DNA of 48,448 bases from Bradyrhizobium sp. GTDB taxonomy: Bacteria; Pseudomonadota; Alphaproteobacteria; Rhizobiales; Xanthobacteraceae. This document shows positions 44,935 to 48,448 of this stretch, piece after piece. The position numbers were made by a program, and so were the translations under genes. Location of the stretch: positions 1-48,448 of the forward strand of contig JAYSPJ010000186.1 in the NCBI GenBank assembly GCA_043722155.1, written 5' to 3'. The notes beneath the pieces are model-generated. The model did no database searches and was not told where the DNA came from. It saw only the letters and a program-made list of their open reading frames with translations. Numbering within the stretch: the first letter of the stretch is position 1; the number at the start of each line of letters is the position of its first letter.

Positions 44935-46950
44935 ATGTTCAAACGAATTCTGATCGCCAATCGCGGCGAGATCGCCTGCCGGATCATCAAGACAGCCCGC
45001 CGCATGGGGATTGAGACGGTCGCGGTCTATTCCGAGGCCGACCGGGACGCGCTCCACGTCGAAATGGCCGACGATGCCGTCCTGATCGGGCCGCCGGCGG
45101 CGGCCGAAAGCTATCTCGTGATGGAGAAGATCATCGAGGCCTGCCGCAAGAGTGGCGCGGAAGCTGTGCATCCCGGCTACGGATTCCTGTCCGAGCGCGA
45201 ATCCTTTCCGCGCGCGCTCGATGAGGCCGGGATCGTCTTCATCGGTCCCAACGCCGGCGCGATCGCCGCGATGGGCGACAAGATCGAGTCCAAGAAGGCG
45301 GCCGCCAAGGCCGACGTCTCGACCGTGCCGGGCTACCTCGGCGTCATCGAGGACGAAAGACATGCGGTGAAGATCGCCGACGCCATCGGCTATCCCGTCA
45401 TGATCAAGGCTTCCGCCGGCGGCGGCGGCAAGGGCATGCGGATCGCGCATTCGACGTCCGAAGTCGCCGAAGGCTTTGGTCTGGCCAAGGCCGAAGCCAA
45501 ATCGTCGTTCGGCGACGACCGCGTGTTCATCGAGAAATTCATCGTCGATCCCCGCCACATCGAAATTCAGGTGCTGGGGGACAAGCACGGCAACGTGATC
45601 TATCTCGGCGAACGCGAATGTTCGATCCAGCGCCGCAATCAGAAGGTGATCGAGGAAGCGCCGTCGCCGCTGCTCGACGAGACCACCCGCCGCCAGATGG
45701 GCGAACAGGCCGTCGCATTGGCAAAAGCGGTGAACTACGATTCCGCCGGCACGGTCGAATTCGTCGCCGGCCAGGACAAGAGTTTCTTCTTCCTGGAGAT
45801 GAACACGCGGCTGCAGGTCGAGCATCCCGTTACCGAATTGGTCACCGGGATCGACCTGGTCGAACAGATGATCCGGGTGGCCGCCGGCGAGAAGCTGGCG
45901 CTGGCGCAAAAGGACGTCACCCTGACCGGTTGGGCGGTGGAGTCGCGGGTCTATGCGGAAGACCCGTTCCGCAACTTCCTGCCCTCGATCGGACGGCTGG
46001 TCAAATACCGTCCGCCGGTCGAAAGCTCCAGCGGCGGCATCACGGTTCGCAACGACACCGGTGTGCAGGAAGGCGGCGAGATCTCGATTTTTTACGATCC
46101 GATGATCGCCAAGCTGGTGACCCATGCGCCATCGCGCGCCGCCGCCATCGAGGCGCAGTCGACCGCGCTCGATTCATTCTACATCGACGGCATCCGCCAC
46201 AACATTCCGTTCCTGTCGGCGCTGATGAATCATCCGCGCTGGCGTAGCGGCGATCTCTCCACCGGCTTCATCGCGGAGGAATTTCCTGGAGGTTTCGCGG
46301 TTCGCGTGCCCGAAGGCGATATCGCCCGAAGGCTGGCGGCGGTCGGAGCCGCCATCGACCACGTGCTTGGCGAACGCAAGCGGCAGATTTCCGGCCAGAT
46401 GATCGGCCGCGCGGTGCAGCGCGAGCGCCGCCGCGCGGTATGGCTGGACCGCGTCGAGATCGCGCTCGACATCATCAGGGAAGGCGATGACATCACGGTG
46501 CGCTTTGTCGGCGCCGACGGCGTGGCCGGCAACCGGCACCAACTGGTCTCGCCGTGGACGCCGGGCGATCCGGTCTGGCAGGGCACCATCGATGGCCATC
46601 TGGTGGCGATGCAGGTGCGGCCGATTCCCAACGGCATTCGCCTCGCGCACCAGGGTTTCGAAGTCGCGGTCAATGTCTTCACCGATTCCGAGGCGGCGGC
46701 AGCGAGGCTGATGCCGGTCGGTACCAAGGCGGACACCGGCAAGAAGCTGCTGTGCCCGATGCCGGGGCTCGTGGTGTCGATCGCGGTCGCCGAAGGCCAG
46801 GAAGTCAAGGCCGGCGAAACCCTGGCCGTGGTGGAAGCCATGAAGATGCAGAACGTGCTGCGCGCCGAGCGCGACGGCATCGTCAAGAAGATTCATGCTG
46901 CCGCAGGCGCGACGCTGGCGGTCGATGCGCTGATTCTCGAATTCGCGTGA
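44935..46950 (+). CDS. pccA: Propionyl-CoA carboxylase alpha subunit (biotin carboxylase plus BCCP)
   Basis: ILIANRGEIA, HPGYGFLSE, GGGGKGMR, ERECSIQRRNQK, EMNTRLQVEH, biotinylation site EAMKM. Confidence 0.92.
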   Translation: MFKRILIANRGEIACRIIKTARRMGIETVAVYSEADRDALHVEMADDAVLIGPPAAAESYLVMEKIIEACRKSGAEAVHPGYGFLSERESFPRALDEAGIVFIGPNAGAIAAMGDKIESKKAAAKADVSTVPGYLGVIEDERHAVKIADAIGYPVMIKASAGGGGKGMRIAHSTSEVAEGFGLAKAEAKSSFGDDRVFIEKFIVDPRHIEIQVLGDKHGNVIYLGERECSIQRRNQKVIEEAPSPLLDETTRRQMGEQAVALAKAVNYDSAGTVEFVAGQDKSFFFLEMNTRLQVEHPVTELVTGIDLVEQMIRVAAGEKLALAQKDVTLTGWAVESRVYAEDPFRNFLPSIGRLVKYRPPVESSSGGITVRNDTGVQEGGEISIFYDPMIAKLVTHAPSRAAAIEAQSTALDSFYIDGIRHNIPFLSALMNHPRWRSGDLSTGFIAEEFPGGFAVRVPEGDIARRLAAVGAAIDHVLGERKRQISGQMIGRAVQRERRRAVWLDRVEIALDIIREGDDITVRFVGADGVAGNRHQLVSPWTPGDPVWQGTIDGHLVAMQVRPIPNGIRLAHQGFEVAVNVFTDSEAAAARLMPVGTKADTGKKLLCPMPGLVVSIAVAEGQEVKAGETLAVVEAMKMQNVLRAERDGIVKKIHAAAGATLAVDALILEFA

Positions 46951-46953
46951 TGC

Positions 46954-47083
46954 CGTCATTCCGGGGCGATGCGTAGGTAGCATCGAACCCGGAATCTCGA
47001 GATTTCCCGGTGCGCAGTTGCGCACCTGCGGTCTGGTGTTTATGCACCATCCCCGATGCGCAATTGCGCATCGGGGAATGACG
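46954..47083. repeat. CGTC-type REP-like element, copy 3, with two palindrome modules
   Basis: cgtcattccgggg...ggggaatgacg; similar to 14992-15095; perfect 26-bp palindrome at 47051-47076. Confidence 0.85.
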
Positions 47084-47103
47084 AAGTTCGATAGAGGTGA
47101 CAA

Positions 47104-47970
47104 ATGGCCTTCCGCAAGCGCCGCGAAGCGTTGCGTTCGATCCTGTCCGGATCGGCATGCATTCGTCCGGGCTCGGTCTATGACGCGGCTTCCATCCGCA
47201 TCGCCCAGGACCTCGGTTTCGAACTCGGCATGTTCGGCGGATCGGTGGCTTCGCTCGCGGTGTTAGGCGATCCCGACATCGCGCTGATTACGCTCACCGA
47301 ACTCGCCGAACAGATGCGCCGGATGTCACGCGCGGCGTCGCTGCCGGTGCTGGTCGATGCCGACCACGGCTATGGCAACGCGCTCAATGTCCGCCGCACC
47401 GTGCAGGAACTCGAAGCTGCGGGTGCGGCCGGCCTGACCATCGAGGACACGCTGCTGCCGCAGGCGTTCGGACAGGCCAAGACGCAGTTGATTTCACTCG
47501 ACGAAGGCGTCGGCAAGATGAAGGCCGCGCTCGACGGGCGCAGCGATCCCTCGCTTGTTATCATCGGGCGCACCGGGGCGGTATCGATCACCGGCCTCGA
47601 CGACGCGATCGCGCGGGCAAAGGCCTATGAAGCCACCGGCATCGACGCGCTCTTCTTTACCGGGATCAAGGATCGCGGCGAACTTGAAGCGATCTCGGCC
47701 GCGACCCAATTGCCGATCGTGCTCGGCGGCGCGCCCGAGGAGATGACCGCGCTCGATTATCTCGCAAGGCTGCGGGTGCGAATCGCGTTGCAGGGCCACG
47801 CGCCGTTCGCCGCGGCCACGCAAGCCGTCTACGAGACGCTGAAGGCGCTGCGCGAGGGAGCCTCGCCGAAGAATTTGAAAGGCCTGCCGTCGGCGGAACT
47901 CTCAGCCCGCGCCATGCGCGAAGCCGACACCAAGGCGCGCGCGAACGAATTCCTCGGTCTGAAGAAGTAA
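47104..47970 (+). CDS. Isocitrate lyase/PEP mutase family protein (oxaloacetate decarboxylase-like)
   Basis: [37 protein letters not shown]. Confidence 0.88.
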   Translation: MAFRKRREALRSILSGSACIRPGSVYDAASIRIAQDLGFELGMFGGSVASLAVLGDPDIALITLTELAEQMRRMSRAASLPVLVDADHGYGNALNVRRTVQELEAAGAAGLTIEDTLLPQAFGQAKTQLISLDEGVGKMKAALDGRSDPSLVIIGRTGAVSITGLDDAIARAKAYEATGIDALFFTGIKDRGELEAISAATQLPIVLGGAPEEMTALDYLARLRVRIALQGHAPFAAATQAVYETLKALREGASPKNLKGLPSAELSARAMREADTKARANEFLGLKK

Positions 47971-47971
47971 C

Positions 47972-48271
47972 ATGAGCGCCGTGGCCCGCCACGTCACCGT
48001 TCGCGGTCGCGTGCAGGGCGTCGGTTACCGCGCCTTCGTCGATCACGAAGCGCGGGTGAAGAATCTCGAAGGCTGGGTGCGCAACCTCAGGGACGGCGGC
48101 GTCGAGGCGCTGTTCGCGGGCGACGAGGATGTGGTTACGGCCATGATTGCGGCGTGCCGGCGCGGACCTTCGCTGGCGTGGGTCGATGCGGTACAGGAAG
48201 AGGCCGGAAATTCCGGCGCGCTCAACCTGCGGCGGCCAGGGGAGCGTTTTTCCGTGCTTCCGACGATATAG
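47972..48271 (+). CDS. acyP: Acylphosphatase
   Basis: [27 protein letters not shown]. Confidence 0.93.
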   Translation: MSAVARHVTVRGRVQGVGYRAFVDHEARVKNLEGWVRNLRDGGVEALFAGDEDVVTAMIAACRRGPSLAWVDAVQEEAGNSGALNLRRPGERFSVLPTI

Positions 48272-48296
48272 ATCTCTGAACAGACAGGGTGATCCA

Positions 48297-48437
48297 ATGA
48301 AGCCTGCAACTCCCCCACGCGACTGGAGGCGAATCCATCACTCACCGATATTCTGGGTCGGGGTGGCGATGTGCCTAGCGGCGATCACGATCTATGTGCT
48401 GTCGGATGACCTGTCGTGGCGGCCGGGTGCGCGCTAG
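48297..48437 (+). CDS. Small membrane peptide (46 aa)
   Basis: WRRIHHSPIFWVGVAMCLAAITIYVLSDDLSWRP; single TM segment. Confidence 0.6.
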   Translation: MKPATPPRDWRRIHHSPIFWVGVAMCLAAITIYVLSDDLSWRPGAR

Positions 48438-48448
48438 CCGCTATAGCG

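Overview
GC-rich alphaproteobacterial chromosome segment; gene content and repeat families look like Bradyrhizobium/Nitrobacteraceae (inferred, no search run). It runs from the 3' end of pccB to pccA, an ICL/PEP-mutase family gene and acyP. Most of it is ordinary metabolic, transport and signalling content: two Bug/TctC proteins, two DMT transporters, a fused IOR followed by a thiolase-like/DUF35/MaoC/SDR/DHDPS/NUDIX CoA-metabolism cluster punctuated by REP-like repeats, a PAS histidine kinase, a caspase-like protease, photolyase, a 1-Cys peroxiredoxin and a GGDEF-EAL protein. Two accessory units stand out. (1) A 3,088-bp IS1595-family element (41401-44488) with visible terminal inverted repeats and an 8-bp target duplication. 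It carries an ABC/AAA ATPase plus TOPRIM (DUF3226-like) operon, a candidate PARIS/OLD-like defence system, and is inserted at the -35 box of a promoter with a LexA box. (2) A ~3.1-kb islet bounded by tRNA-Arg(UCG) and a degenerate copy of its 3' end. It carries an atypical HflX and a His-motif/DUF1828-like two-gene cassette. Also seen: a displaced pccB fragment flanking a membrane-protein gene, two internally deleted pseudogenes, two convergent secreted peptide genes sharing an upstream motif, and a ~600-bp structured non-coding repeat. All family calls come from motif recognition only.
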